Positions 10,155-21,911 of a stretch of DNA of 64,000 nt are shown piece after piece. A model generated the notes under the pieces. The model made no database searches, was not told where the DNA came from, and saw nothing but the letters and a program-made list of their open reading frames with translations. Source of the stretch: Ignavibacteriota bacterium (GTDB lineage Bacteria; Bacteroidota; Ignavibacteria; UBA10030). The stretch lies in NCBI GenBank assembly GCA_963727825.1, contig CAVSHO010000011.1, forward strand, positions 256,001-320,000, written 5' to 3'. The translations under genes were made by a program, and so were the position numbers. Positions within the stretch are counted from its first letter, which is position 1. Every line of letters begins with the position of its first letter.

Positions 10155-11408
10155 ATGAAGGCAGAGATTATATCTGTAGGCGATGAATTGCTAATTGGCC
10201 AAGTCATCAATTCCAATCAGGCACACATTGCAGAAAAGCTCAACTCAATCGGTATCTTTAGCGACAAGATGACAACGATTGGCGATGATGAAAACGAAAT
10301 TCTTTCTGCATTTCAAAAGGCATATGCTTCTCACGATGTCGTTACCGTAACCGGCGGACTTGGACCTACCCATGACGATATTACACGCAGCGTCGTTTGC
10401 AAGTTCTTCAATACAGATACCATTATAAATGAAGAGGCACTTGAGAATGTAAGACGTATTTTTACTCGGCGTAAGTCGGCACCGCGGAAAATCAATGAAG
10501 ACCAGGCTCTTGTTCCACGTGGTTGTACTGTAATCCAAAATCGGCTTGGCACTGCACCGGGGTATTTCTTCGAACAAAATGGAAAGTATTTCATCGTTAT
10601 GCCCGGTGTGCCGTATGAAATGAAGGCAATGATAGATGATTTTATCCTTCCGTTCTTTGAAAAACATAAAACCGGATTGGTCATTCGTCACAAAACATTA
10701 AAAACGACAGGTATTGCTGAATCATTTCTAGCTGAACAAATTGGAGTTGTACATAATTTATTTTCTCCAAATTCCGGCGTTACTTTGGCGTTTCTTCCAA
10801 GTTCACTTGGTGTGCGGTTGCGTATTACAGCCAAAGCGAATTCTGTGGATGAAGTTGAAAATAAAATTCGTGACGTTGAGACAAAGCTACGCAATAAAAT
10901 TGAAAAATATATTTATGCAACCGATGAAAAGGAACTAGAATATACCATCGGCGAATTGTTGAGTAAACGAAAGTCGACTATTGCTATTGCAGAATCCTGC
11001 ACCGGCGGATTGATTGCAGATAGAATTACGAATGTTTCTGGATCATCAGATTATTTCGAACGCGGCATTATCACCTACAGCAACAAATCAAAAACAGATG
11101 AGCTTGGTGTGTCATCACTAATCATCAATCAATACGGTGCAGTGAGCCGGGAAGTCGCTGAAGCAATGGCGCTCGGTATTCGCACTACATCTAATACTGA
11201 TATCGGCATCTCGACAACTGGTATTGCAGGACCAACCGGAGGTTCTCCAAAAAAACCTGTCGGACTTGTCTGGATTGGATATTCTGATATAAATGAAACA
11301 TTCGCGATACAATTCATCTTTAATGGCGAGCGCAGAATCGTAAAAGAACGGGCGGCTCAAGCCGCTTTGGAATTAGTGCGGCGGAAGCTTCTAAAGATCA
11401 CGGATTAA
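10155..11408 (+). CDS. cinA: CinA (MoCF-like domain plus NMN deamidase PncC domain)
   Basis: VGDELLIG, GGLGPTHDD, AESCTGG, TTGIAGPTGG. Confidence 0.95.
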   Translation: MKAEIISVGDELLIGQVINSNQAHIAEKLNSIGIFSDKMTTIGDDENEILSAFQKAYASHDVVTVTGGLGPTHDDITRSVVCKFFNTDTIINEEALENVRRIFTRRKSAPRKINEDQALVPRGCTVIQNRLGTAPGYFFEQNGKYFIVMPGVPYEMKAMIDDFILPFFEKHKTGLVIRHKTLKTTGIAESFLAEQIGVVHNLFSPNSGVTLAFLPSSLGVRLRITAKANSVDEVENKIRDVETKLRNKIEKYIYATDEKELEYTIGELLSKRKSTIAIAESCTGGLIADRITNVSGSSDYFERGIITYSNKSKTDELGVSSLIINQYGAVSREVAEAMALGIRTTSNTDIGISTTGIAGPTGGSPKKPVGLVWIGYSDINETFAIQFIFNGERRIVKERAAQAALELVRRKLLKITD

Positions 11409-11412
11409 TTCG

Positions 11413-11977
11413 ATGCCAGGTTTTCGAGCATTCATTGCACTTCCTACCCAACCAAACGCTCAGCAAGCGATTGCCGAGGTTCAAGCAAAATTAGAAGCAA
11501 CACATGCAAATGTGAAATGGGAGTCTCATAATAAGTTTCATATCACTTTGGTTTTTTTAGGAAATGTTGAACAATCAAAACTCGAATCACTCTCGTCAGC
11601 ATTAGCAAATTCAATTCAACAATTTCCATCATTTACTATTGCGTATGAATCAATTGGTGCATTTCCGAATATAAATAACCCGCGCGTTGTTTGGATTGGC
11701 ACGAAGATCCAATCAAACGGTTCTTGATCTACAGGCAACAACTGGACGAATATGTGCAGAATTCGGATTCCCCCAAGAAGCCCGTGCGTTTCATCCTCAT
11801 ATTACGCTTGGCAGAGTTAAAGAAACTCGCAATTTTGTTCGCTTGACAGAAGCGATAAAAACTATTACTTTTGAACCTATCGAAACACTTTGCTCGGAGA
11901 TTTTGTTGATGAAAAGTGAATTACATCCGAGCGGTTCCATCTATACAATTTTAAAATCATTACCACTTCACACTTAA
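11413..11977 (+). CDS. thpR: RNA 2',3'-cyclic phosphodiesterase, one frameshift near 11704
   Basis: [14 protein letters not shown] (first HxT) in ORF 11413-11727; FHPHITLGR (second HxT) in ORF 11687-11977. Confidence 0.9.
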
Positions 11978-11991
11978 CCGGAGAGAGTTCC

Positions 11992-13017
11992 ATGACCGAA
12001 ACTAATAAAGAGTCAAAAATGCAAGCACTCAAAATTGCCATTGATCAAATTGAAAAACAGCATGGCAAGGGTTCTATTATGCGATTAAGTGAAGGACCTA
12101 TCGCCAAGATCGATGCAATTTCCACTGGATCAATTTCATTAGATGCCGCACTTGGCATCGGCGGTGTGCCGCGCGGACGCGTTATCGAAATCTACGGCCC
12201 GGAATCTTCCGGTAAAACAACAATTTGCTTGCATATTATTGCTGAAGCGCAAAAATCCGGTGGATTAGCAGCGTTCATCGATACAGAGCATGCATTAGAT
12301 ATTGCTTACGCAAAAAAGTTAGGCGTGGATGTCAATAATCTTCTACTTTCCCAGCCGGAATTTGGTGAGCAAGCTCTTGAAATTGTGGAGACGCTTGTGC
12401 GCAGTAATGCCATAGATATTATCGTTGTCGATTCTGTCGCTGCATTGACACCGCGTGCAGAAATAGAAGGCGAAATGGGCGACCCAACAATGGGAGTACA
12501 AGCAAGATTAATGTCTCAGGCGCTCCGCAAACTCACTTCTGCAATTAGCAAATCGAAAACAAGCGTTATGTTTACAAACCAACTTCGCCAAAAGATCGGT
12601 GTGATGTTTGGAAATCCTGAAACCACAACCGGCGGCAACGCTCTCAAGTTTTACGCCTCTGTTCGGATGGATGTTCGCCGCATCGAAGCAATCAAAGACG
12701 GTACAAACGTAGTCGGTAATCGAACGCGTGTGAAGGTTGTAAAAAATAAAGTTGCACCGCCATTCAAAGAAGCTCAATTCGACATTCTCTATAACGAAGG
12801 AATTTCAAAACTCGGCGATTTGATTGATACGGCTGTTGAAAAAAACATTATTGTGAAAAGCGGATCCTGGTTCTCCTATAAGGAAGATCGCATCGGACAG
12901 GGGCGCGATTCGGTAAAAGTATTTCTTCAGGCAAATCCAGCTGTTGCAAAAGATATTGATACGGAACTCCGCAAACAGCTCGGGCTGACAAACGAAGAAC
13001 CGAAACCGGCACGCTGA
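11992..13017 (+). CDS. recA: Recombinase RecA (C-terminal tail possibly extends to 13066 via one indel)
   Basis: [32 protein letters not shown]; another frame continues [17 protein letters not shown]. Confidence 0.98.
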   Translation: MTETNKESKMQALKIAIDQIEKQHGKGSIMRLSEGPIAKIDAISTGSISLDAALGIGGVPRGRVIEIYGPESSGKTTICLHIIAEAQKSGGLAAFIDTEHALDIAYAKKLGVDVNNLLLSQPEFGEQALEIVETLVRSNAIDIIVVDSVAALTPRAEIEGEMGDPTMGVQARLMSQALRKLTSAISKSKTSVMFTNQLRQKIGVMFGNPETTTGGNALKFYASVRMDVRRIEAIKDGTNVVGNRTRVKVVKNKVAPPFKEAQFDILYNEGISKLGDLIDTAVEKNIIVKSGSWFSYKEDRIGQGRDSVKVFLQANPAVAKDIDTELRKQLGLTNEEPKPAR

Positions 13018-13072
13018 GAAAACAGAGGCAACCGCACCTGAACAAAAAAAATCGAAACGCAGTTAAGCAAAG

Positions 13073-13711
13073 TTGATTATTACAAAAATTAAAAGGCTTC
13101 GCGGAAAACGCCAACGATATAGTGTGCATCTCGATGGTGTGCCGGCGTTAGAATTAAGCGATTGGACTATCGGTAAGTGCGGCTTGCGCACCGGCGATGA
13201 TCTTGATGAGTTAACGGTTGACAAAATTAAATCGACTGAAGCAGAAACGCAGGCGAAAAACATTGCTATCAATTATTTGTCGTATCGACAGAGAAGTTCA
13301 AAGGAAATCATAGATCATTTAGTGAAGAAGGGTTTCTTGCATGAATGTGCCGAAGATGTAGCATGCCAGCTTCAATCAGCGCGAATGGTTAATGATCTCG
13401 AATTTGCCCGCGTATTTGTTCGGGATCGGCTGAAACGAAAACCGACAGGCCAAGCGTTATTGCGGGCACAATTACTTGCAAAAGGAATCACATCATCAAT
13501 GACCGAAATGGTACTTGCTGAGTTGATTTCACCACAAAGCCAGCAAGCATCGGCACTGCAAGCGGCAAAACGCAAATTACAAGTGACAAAATATTCAAAA
13601 AAAAACCTTGACAAAGAAAAACGGAAGAAACGTCTTCTCGATTTTCTTCTTCGCCGTGGATTTTCTTATGAGATCGCAATGAAAACTATACACACAACGC
13701 TTGACCGCTAA
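13073..13711 (+). CDS. recX: Regulatory protein RecX
   Basis: AINYLSYRQRSSKEI, NDLEFA, FLLRRGFS; directly after recA. Confidence 0.9.
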   Translation: MIITKIKRLRGKRQRYSVHLDGVPALELSDWTIGKCGLRTGDDLDELTVDKIKSTEAETQAKNIAINYLSYRQRSSKEIIDHLVKKGFLHECAEDVACQLQSARMVNDLEFARVFVRDRLKRKPTGQALLRAQLLAKGITSSMTEMVLAELISPQSQQASALQAAKRKLQVTKYSKKNLDKEKRKKRLLDFLLRRGFSYEIAMKTIHTTLDR

Positions 13712-13714
13712 CCG

Positions 13715-14764
13715 ATGCATTTATCAACTTCCATACATAACAAACCGTTTGTGAAAGTAATTGCTTTTCTAGGACTCATAATTTTTATTTTCTGGATTGC
13801 ATCGTTCTTTCCTGATCTTGTTCTTACACTCATAATCTCCACGCTCGTTGCATTCATTCTCAAACCGCTTGTCCGGTTCTTGGAATTCAAATTTAACATA
13901 AAGCGGAGAGTTGCTATTGGTATAATCTTTCTTTTAGTCGGGGGAATTGTTGTTTTAACATTGTTTGAAACGATTCCGCTCTTAATCGCCCGTTTACGGC
14001 TAATGTATGAGCAATTGCGACAATTTCCATTTGAAGAGAAGTTAACGATAGCTGCAAAAGAAATAACAACACACGTTCCTTTTATTAATTCCGCAACCAT
14101 TGGTACTAAGGTTCACGAGTTTATTCAGCAGCTTATTTCCTCAGCTGGTGATGCTGCCAGCACTACGGTTTCTTATTTAATGAATCTTGCTATCATTCCA
14201 TTTATTACTTATTTCATTTTAGCAGAAGGCGATATAGGATTAAAAAAATTGGTTGAAAATATTCCGAATAAGTATTTTGAAATGTCACTGAATATAATGG
14301 ACAAGGTCGGCAAAGAGCTTATTTCATATATGCGAGGATTGATTCTTGAATGCAGCATCGTCGGCGTACTATCGATAATTGGATTCATAATTATCGGTAT
14401 TCCTTATGCAATTATTATAGGAGTTCTCACAGGAATTGCAAATCTTGTTCCATATCTGGGTTTCATTGCGGGCGCATGTCTTGCCCTCTTCGCATCATTG
14501 ACGCAGACAGGTGATTTCCGCATGCTGATTCCGATTGTTATTTTAACTTTAATCGTCAGACTCATCGACGATCTTGTTTTGCAGCCGCTGTGTTTTGGTA
14601 AATCCTTAGATATGCATCCTGTCGCAGTTGTACTCACACTTATTATTGGCAATCAATTAATGGGAGTTTCAGGAATGGTGATTTCCATTCCTATCGCTAC
14701 AATCCTTCGTGTTTCAGCTACAGAAACATACTGGGGATTAAAGCATTATACTATTACTGCATAA
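13715..14764 (+). CDS. AI-2E (PerM-like) family transporter, paralog 1
   Basis: Multiple TM helices, NLVPYLG, LQPLCFG..LDMHP, IPIA. Confidence 0.88.
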   Translation: MHLSTSIHNKPFVKVIAFLGLIIFIFWIASFFPDLVLTLIISTLVAFILKPLVRFLEFKFNIKRRVAIGIIFLLVGGIVVLTLFETIPLLIARLRLMYEQLRQFPFEEKLTIAAKEITTHVPFINSATIGTKVHEFIQQLISSAGDAASTTVSYLMNLAIIPFITYFILAEGDIGLKKLVENIPNKYFEMSLNIMDKVGKELISYMRGLILECSIVGVLSIIGFIIIGIPYAIIIGVLTGIANLVPYLGFIAGACLALFASLTQTGDFRMLIPIVILTLIVRLIDDLVLQPLCFGKSLDMHPVAVVLTLIIGNQLMGVSGMVISIPIATILRVSATETYWGLKHYTITA

Positions 14765-14770
14765 AACGTT

Positions 14771-15838
14771 ATGTCTTTAGAACAAACAAGATTAATGCCG
14801 ACAACATCCAATAGACCAATGGTAAAGGTGCTTTTCATTCTTGGAATTATAATCCTCGGATTCTGGATCATTTCATTTTTTCCAGATCTTGTTCTGACAC
14901 TCATTTTTTCTATTCTTGCAGCTTTCATTCTTCGCCCTCTTGTATCGTTGCTTGAATTCCGAATTGGAATTCGTAGAATATTTTCTGTCAGCATAGTTTT
15001 TCTTCTCGTTGGCGGAGGTCTCATCGTTATCAGTATTTTATTTATTCCGTATGCTATTAATCGATTCGAAACACTGTACGATAGTTTTAAAAACTTTCCA
15101 TTTGATCAGAAATTGAATGAAGCCGCCATCAGCTTAACGGCGAATATTCCATTCCTGGATCCTGAAACAGTTACACAAAAAGTCCATTCGTTTGTTCAAA
15201 GCGGATTGCAAGGGTTAAGCGGCATCCTCGCTTCAGCTGCCGGATTTCTCGTGAATCTTGCTATCATCCCTTTCATCACTTTCTTCATCCTTTCTGAAGG
15301 TGATACAGCAGTCAAGAAATTAATCGAGCGAGTTCCAAATAAGTATTTCGAGATGGTCTTAAATGTAATCGATAAAATTCAGAGAGAACTTGTCGGCTAC
15401 TTGCGCGGCTGGATTCTTGATTCTGTTATCGTCGGAATACTTAACATCGCTGGTTTTTATCTAATTGGTGTGAATTATGCAATTCTTCTCGGTATCTTTG
15501 CCGGAATTTGCAATCTTATTCCATACGTAGGACCATTCTTCGGTGTTGTTCCGGCGCTTTTGATCTCTCTTTCACAATGCGGAGATTTCAGGCAGGCATT
15601 TGCTATTATTGTCGTCACGTTAGCTCTTGTACAGCTGCTCGATAATATTATCATTCAGCCGCTTTGCTTTTCCCAGACAGTCGATATGCATCCGGTTACA
15701 GTGATTATTGTTTTAGTAATTGGGGACTCTTTAATGGGAATTACCGGCATGCTGCTTGCCATTCCAATTGCAACAATTCTTAAATCATCAGCTGTCGAAA
15801 CTTATTGGGGATTAAAAAACTACCGTATCACTGCTTAG
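14771..15838 (+). CDS. AI-2E (PerM-like) family transporter, paralog 2
   Basis: Collinear with paralog 1; NLIPYVGP, IQPLCFS..DMHP. Confidence 0.88.
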   Translation: MSLEQTRLMPTTSNRPMVKVLFILGIIILGFWIISFFPDLVLTLIFSILAAFILRPLVSLLEFRIGIRRIFSVSIVFLLVGGGLIVISILFIPYAINRFETLYDSFKNFPFDQKLNEAAISLTANIPFLDPETVTQKVHSFVQSGLQGLSGILASAAGFLVNLAIIPFITFFILSEGDTAVKKLIERVPNKYFEMVLNVIDKIQRELVGYLRGWILDSVIVGILNIAGFYLIGVNYAILLGIFAGICNLIPYVGPFFGVVPALLISLSQCGDFRQAFAIIVVTLALVQLLDNIIIQPLCFSQTVDMHPVTVIIVLVIGDSLMGITGMLLAIPIATILKSSAVETYWGLKNYRITA

Positions 15839-15850
15839 AAAGGGGATAAT

Positions 15851-16519
15851 ATGTCACACGTGGTGCTTGATATTGAAACCCTTGGCTTCCCTGTCGAATC
15901 GTTTGATGAAACTCAGCAAAACTACTTGCTGAAATTCTCTGAGACAGATGCAGACCGCGCAGAAACAATCCAGAAGCTCAGCCTCTATCCAACCACTGCA
16001 CAAATTATCGCTGTTGGTATGCTGAATCCTGAGACTAATCGCGGCAAGATTCTTTTTCAAGCAGATGAAAAATTGGATTATTATTCGGATGATGAATTGG
16101 TGCACTTTAAATCCGGAAGCGAGAAAGAAATTCTTGAGCAGTTTTGGTTAGATATCGGTCATTACGACCAATTCGTTACGTTCAACGGCCGCGGGTTCGA
16201 TTGTCCATTTCTGATGATGCGCTCTGCGATTCTCCAGGTACAACCAACACGCAACCTTATGCCCTATCGGTACGATGCATCCATTCATTGCGATTTGCTG
16301 GAACAATTTACATTCTACGGCGCACTGCGAAAGTTTAATTTAGATTTCTACTGCAAGTCTTTCGGCATTGAAAGCCCGAAAACGCATGGCGTAACAGGTT
16401 TAGACATGAAACAATTGACCGAAGAAAAACGATTTCGTGAAATAGCAGAATACAATCTTCGGGATTTGCATGCTACCGCGGAGTTATTTAGAAGATGGGA
16501 GAAGTTTTTGAGTGTGTGA
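15851..16519 (+). CDS. DEDD 3'-5' exonuclease (PolB-exonuclease-like / RNase H-like)
   Basis: VVLDIET, TFNGRGFDCPFL, EYNLRD. Confidence 0.85.
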   Translation: MSHVVLDIETLGFPVESFDETQQNYLLKFSETDADRAETIQKLSLYPTTAQIIAVGMLNPETNRGKILFQADEKLDYYSDDELVHFKSGSEKEILEQFWLDIGHYDQFVTFNGRGFDCPFLMMRSAILQVQPTRNLMPYRYDASIHCDLLEQFTFYGALRKFNLDFYCKSFGIESPKTHGVTGLDMKQLTEEKRFREIAEYNLRDLHATAELFRRWEKFLSV

Positions 16520-16584
16520 ATATTAACTTGTAGCCGCCATTTGAAAAACAAAATGTAATATCGGTAGATTTATTTTTATTCTTG

Positions 16585-16685
16585 TGTGCCATACAAGCCT
16601 CCTCCTCCCCGCTATTTGCCGCTATCTTTCACGCCAGAAAGTGTAGCATGCTGGTGGGTGGGAGCGACTGGTGAGCTGGTGCATC
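16585..16685 (-). other. Degenerate attC-like site downstream of the HEPN gene
   Basis: Minus strand after the stop reads gatgcACCAGCTCACcagtcgctccc; 16671-16685 is a 12/15 inverted match to 17356-17370. Confidence 0.5.
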
Positions 16686-17333
16686 CTATTTAGAAAGAAG
16701 GTTTGGTTGAAGTTCGCCAATAATGGCATATACTGTTTCTCTAAATAGATTTGAAATTCTTTTATTATACTCACCTAGCTGTGTAATCATACTTGTTATT
16801 CGTTCTTTCGGATCTACTGGCTCAGAAATAAGGGAAAGAAAATAACTCGACATAATATCGATCGGCAATATATAAATCATTTCTGAGCTTTCGTCCCCAC
16901 TAAATTCTGCTATCACAGGAGGTATACGAGGAATGCTTTTATGTAAAGGTAGATTAGCTAGAGAGTGAGTAAAATGAAATCCGAGTTCATTTCTGATAGG
17001 TTTTAATACTTTATTAAAGAATGAATTTGACGATTTGATTTCGGAGTGAAGCCATAATATTTCAGAATGTAAATTTTGGGGAATAATATTAGTCAGTTTC
17101 TTCAATATAGAATTCCCTTTAAGCATTCCTTCATACGTAATCGAAGACAATAAAAGCATTCCGTAAATATTATCCCGCATCGACGCGGGTTCAAGGGAAA
17201 AATAGTCAATCCGCAAATATTGATCTCTTATACTTTGATTTGAATTTACTATATGACAGAGTACAATAAGTTCACGGATGTGCGGGACTTTATTGATTTC
17301 CTTAGCATCCTTAATATCTATCAATAGTTGCAT
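16686..17333 (-). CDS. Hypothetical protein with a putative HEPN RNase motif
   Basis: 215 aa, appears mostly helical; KPIRNELGFH fits the Rx4-6H HEPN motif. Confidence 0.6.
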   Translation of the reverse strand: MQLLIDIKDAKEINKVPHIRELIVLCHIVNSNQSIRDQYLRIDYFSLEPASMRDNIYGMLLLSSITYEGMLKGNSILKKLTNIIPQNLHSEILWLHSEIKSSNSFFNKVLKPIRNELGFHFTHSLANLPLHKSIPRIPPVIAEFSGDESSEMIYILPIDIMSSYFLSLISEPVDPKERITSMITQLGEYNKRISNLFRETVYAIIGELQPNLLSK

Positions 17334-17355
17334 TTATTACTATATCAGTTTATTT

Positions 17356-17416
17356 GATATACCAGCTAACGGACCGACGCTAAATGGCGAACTGATTCGT
17401 GACGATCTAGTGGCAA
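17356..17416 (-). other. attC-like site (right arm plus R' core) between helicase and HEPN genes
   Basis: Minus strand ttgccactag...gccatttagcgtcggtccGTTAGCTggt, about 30 nt before the HEPN ATG. Confidence 0.55.
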
Positions 17417-20400
17417 GATATTATGTGCTTCTAAAGTTTGCCATAGAGATTTCATTGCTTGTTCTCTGTTGAAATAGAACTCGCTCCCACGCATACGCCA
17501 GAATGTCCACCCGCAACGTTCGAGAATACGTTGACGTCGCATATCATTCTCTCGCTGCTCTGGGCTTGAATGAAACTCATCTCCATCACATTCTACGGCC
17601 AATCTATTTTGATCACTTTCAATGACTAAATCAATCGAGTAGCCAGCTACTTTGAATTGAGGAACAACCCTGTATCCTTTATCGAAGATCACTAAGAATG
17701 TATCGACCTCAAACCAGCTTTCGAAAGGCTGATGTGGTCTAACGATCTTACGGTTGACAGAGCTTGAGTCTAGTCTTAGTTTATTGATATCTATTCCTCC
17801 TATAGTTTGCACCTGCGACATAGGATTTAGGCAGTAACTGAGAAGTTTGTAACGCAAGCATTCCTTGTTTCTGAAGTCATTTATTGATGGAGTATGAAAG
17901 AGCAACATTTGATCCCTGGCTCGGCTCGCAGCAACATTATATCTTCTCATATCAGATGATTTTGTTAGAGCTATCATTTGAGTTTCACCTGGTGCGGCAA
18001 CCATACTCAGAAATATTATATCACGTTCATCACCTTGAAAAGCATAGGCATCTCCACAAACTATGTTTCTCTGAGCGATTTCTTCTGGACCAATTTCTTC
18101 GAGCAGCATTCGTTCGATCAAACGGGCTTGATATTCACCGAGAAGACTAATCACACCAATGGTTTTCTTGCCATATGGATATTTGTCGTCTTTTTTACAA
18201 TTATAATCGGGATTCTTGCAACACTCAGCAATCTTCTCAACGATGGCTTTTGCTTCCGGAAGATTTCTTGCCGCTTGAGTACTTCCTTCACGATAACCGT
18301 CCTTAACATGGAAGGCTACAACAGGTTCAAGCCTTTTTGGTGGGTATTGCCTAAGTGGTTCCAACGGACAGTGTTGGTAACACAAATCGTTTGAAAATTG
18401 AATTATCTCCGGCATACAGCGAAAATGTTCCTTCAAGATGATACGACCTGGGAAAACTACAAGCCCAAGTGCAAAGAAAGAGCTATTTAAATCAATAACC
18501 GCTTTAGCCTCTATAGGGAAATCTTTCAGATGTTTGTGTTGCAACAAGTCGACATACTCAAGAGGCATACCCACATTGTCTGGGCTAATCTGCTCCTCGT
18601 CCCCAACGATGATTAATTTTTTAGCAAGGAACGGTAGGAACAAAGCATCGGGGCCTGACTGACTCGCTTCATCGATAATAATAACATCATATGCATCGAC
18701 CCCAGGTTTCACCGTCTCTGCAACTTTATATAAAGGCATGATCCAAGCAGGAATTGCACTTCTGCATTCCTCCATGTTCTCACGGGCCGCTTTTCGATGC
18801 AACTCGGCACGTTTACCTTTACCTTTGCCAACTTTTTTCATCTCGTGAGTCCATGCTTCAAGATGCCGTCGCTCATGTTCGCCCAAACGAACAAAACAAT
18901 GTTTCCAAGCACAAGCCGCTGCAAGTGTGGAAGTGGTCTGGTGGATTTCATCTTGTGTGGCCTTAAAGTTGGAAACTAACTCTAGTTCGTTTGCATCATT
19001 AATGTATTCCTCAAGCCAGTATTTCGCCTGATTCCAATTCCAGCTACGAGAGAATGTACCGAGCTTTTCGTCCCAATCAGCGTTGTTTGGCTCCGACTCA
19101 ATTTTCTGTGCAAGGGCGGGAACAACTTGCGATAGTCTTCCTTGTAATACCAAGCGTTGTTGGTATAAAGACCTATCATGAAGAAGAGTTCTTAAAGCTA
19201 TAAGAGATTTGCCGTAAGCGATTTCGTCTCGCTCTTTTACTGCTAGAAGCATTCCGTTTATGAGTGAATGCGGATTTTCTGTTGCCAAGCCCACTACAAT
19301 TGTTTGCACAGTCTCATCAAAGAATGTCTGGGTGCGACGCAACGAGCGTTCAGCTTCGATTGCGTATATTGTCTGGTAGTAGTTTTCAATTTCTTCAATA
19401 ATGTGCCATGCAGGTTGTGACAATCCTAGTATGGGTAAACAAACATCCCGTGCTTGACCAATTATGGAATGCAAACTCAATGCCTGTTCCAGTGATTCAC
19501 AAAGATCTTTAATGATCGCAACTTGAATTGAGCGACTGCCAGCAACTTTTTTTGTGTAAGGTGACCAAAGAGACCAGAGTTTTTCAATTCGATAATCAAC
19601 TGTAAGAGTTTCTAGAAGTTCTCTAATGAGACGTGGATTGTTACATCTTTTGCCATTGACAAAAGTCTCATTGATAATATACCAATTGTCCTTTACAGGC
19701 TTAGGTCTAAATAAGGGTAAACCGAGTGAGCCGCCGTTCGTAAAATGTGTCAGTAAGGACCTGGCATCTGCAGTAACAACAGAGCGCTCATAACCTTGAG
19801 GTAGATTAATCTGTCTGTCGTCAGCTTTTCGTGCAAGTTCAATTAGACCTCGTAAATAGTTCTGAGATGTGTTCAACAATTCTTGCCAACTTCGACCATG
19901 CTCATCGAGAATATCATTTACTGCTTTGGGAATCCATGGTTGGTTATGTTTTAGAACGTTCGACCGAGTGTCTAGAAATCGAGAAAAGGCAATTTTAAGA
20001 TCCTCAAGTTGTGCTTGCGATGCCACGGAAAGTTTAGGATAGATTTCTGAGGTTAAAATGGGGCCGAAGCTATTGAGGTGGTTTTTGGCTTCTGATTCAA
20101 GCCTATGGTTTTTTACAAAATCTTCTGGCGTTGGCAAAGTATCTGGTTCAATCAAGGATTTCCGACATTCAAAAACCCTGTCCTCGGTGAGTTCTCGATG
20201 AATCCTAAGCAAATCCAGAATTTCCTTATTAGTTAGTGGGGGTTGAGTCTCAGGTACCTATTTTTCCTTCTAGCCAATCATAGAGGGATTGCTCTTTTCT
20301 GATTTGTCTGGCAATAGATTGTACTGTTCCTTGGTACAACCCGTTACAAACATCATGCTCATAGGTTTCACGTTCCCTTATTTCTCTTAGACGGCGATTG

Positions 20401-21887
20401 AGATCAGCCTCTCGTTTTCTCAAAGAATTCATTCTATCTCTAAGGTAATCGATTTCCTTATTATTCTTTTGTGCATTCCAGTTTTGTTGCTTGTTAGTAA
20501 TGCCTTTAACCGAGTCTTCTAATCCTTTCAGTGCGGTAGAGTCATTCCCAAGCAGGCTAACACACAAAGCTGACATCTCCGGTGGAATCATTCCCTTAAG
20601 AACTTTGAGTGCTCTGGGAGTTTGGCTTGTTACAAGCACCTTCTTTCCTGTGGCAAGCAAATGGCAAATGAGGTTTGCTATCGTATGACTTTTACCAGTC
20701 CCTGGTGGTCCTTGAACGACAACACCTGGTCTGTTATTGATTGTTTCTATAATTTTGTTTTGCTCGTCGTTCGAAGGAAGCGGGAAAAGAACTTCCTGAA
20801 AATCATTAAGATGCTTGTCTGAATCAGATTTGTCTTCTGATGCAAAATGATCATCTACGACTTCAACGATGCGTTGAATACAAAACGGCAACTCAACACC
20901 CGACTTCAGTTGTTCAACAATACCATTGAACATTGAAACAAGGTTCCGTTCTGATCTCTTTCGTAAAATGAGAGCAGGCGAAAAACTAACGACTGGCGAT
21001 TCAGATTCACTTGTTGGTGTAGCAAGATCGTCGGTATAAGATCCTTTTGCAGACACAGAATGTATCCAAGTTTGCAGAAGCGAATTTAGATCAGAATTAT
21101 TCCATATCACATCCCCAAGATTCTTTAGTTCTTCTGGATTGTCAGCTGTAAAAGCAGGACTTTTTTCATTCTCCTCTAACATACCCTGCTCTATCGCAAG
21201 CTTCGGGCCCTCTGCGCCAGACGTTACAGTTAATGTTCCATACCTTCCATCAAGATCGAGGGATGTTTGGGCGACAACAAGATGACGGCGAACCCGCTGT
21301 CCGGACGGAGTTTTCCAACTCAAAAGGCCTAAACCCAAAACTATCTCGAACGCCTCACCGAGTTTCTTCTGCAATTGATAAATTGCGTGGAGAGTTCCAT
21401 AGACGTTTTGAATCTTCTTTACTCTTTCATTCTCCTGTGCCCATGGTGACCATTTTTCTTTGAGGTAATTATCCCACTGCAGACGAATGTGTGGTTGCGT
21501 TTCTAACTGAATGAATGTTTCTTTAATGCCAGCGTCATTTATTTCCTCTGTGTTTTCTGACACAGCTATCTTGGTCAGTATGTCCGGTATATCGCTTGAA
21601 TTTGCGAGATCAACTTCTCTGATCCACGGCTGTACATCTTTTGGTACTGGAGGGAACGGTTTGATTTTTGGTTTCTTGATTTCCAACCACACTTCATCGT
21701 CCTCAGTTCGGAAAGCACCCCAAGCTGGAGTATAACATTCTTGTTCCTTGGGAACGTCAGCGAACCACAGAACATTTTCGTATTCTTCAATTCGCCGGAC
21801 AGTTTTGGTTTTGAGTTCTACAAGTTCTCGTAAATACGTGAACATGCTGATAGCTTGTTTTGTAGCAGTTTCACTTATTTCGGACAT
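17366..21887 (-). CDS. Large SF1 (Upf1/DNA2-like, AAA_11/AAA_12) helicase with C-terminal Vsr/DUF559/MTES_1575-like nuclease; about 1506 aa after repairing one frameshift near 20257
   Basis: QGPPGTGKS, IIDEASQ, VGDEEQ, LKEHFRC, FQGDERD, NVAASRARD; C-terminal FESWFE..IDLVI..AVECDGDEFH..RQRILERCGW; frames join as GKI-VPETQPPLTNKEILDLLRIH. Confidence 0.88.
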
Positions 21888-21911
21888 GTCACTTAAATTT
21901 CCTCTATTATT

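Noticed and set aside
20212-20260. Programmed frameshift or a genuine two-gene split of the helicase
   Set aside because: No clear slippery heptamer; similar single-base breaks occur in pntA, pntB and thpR, pointing to sequence error.
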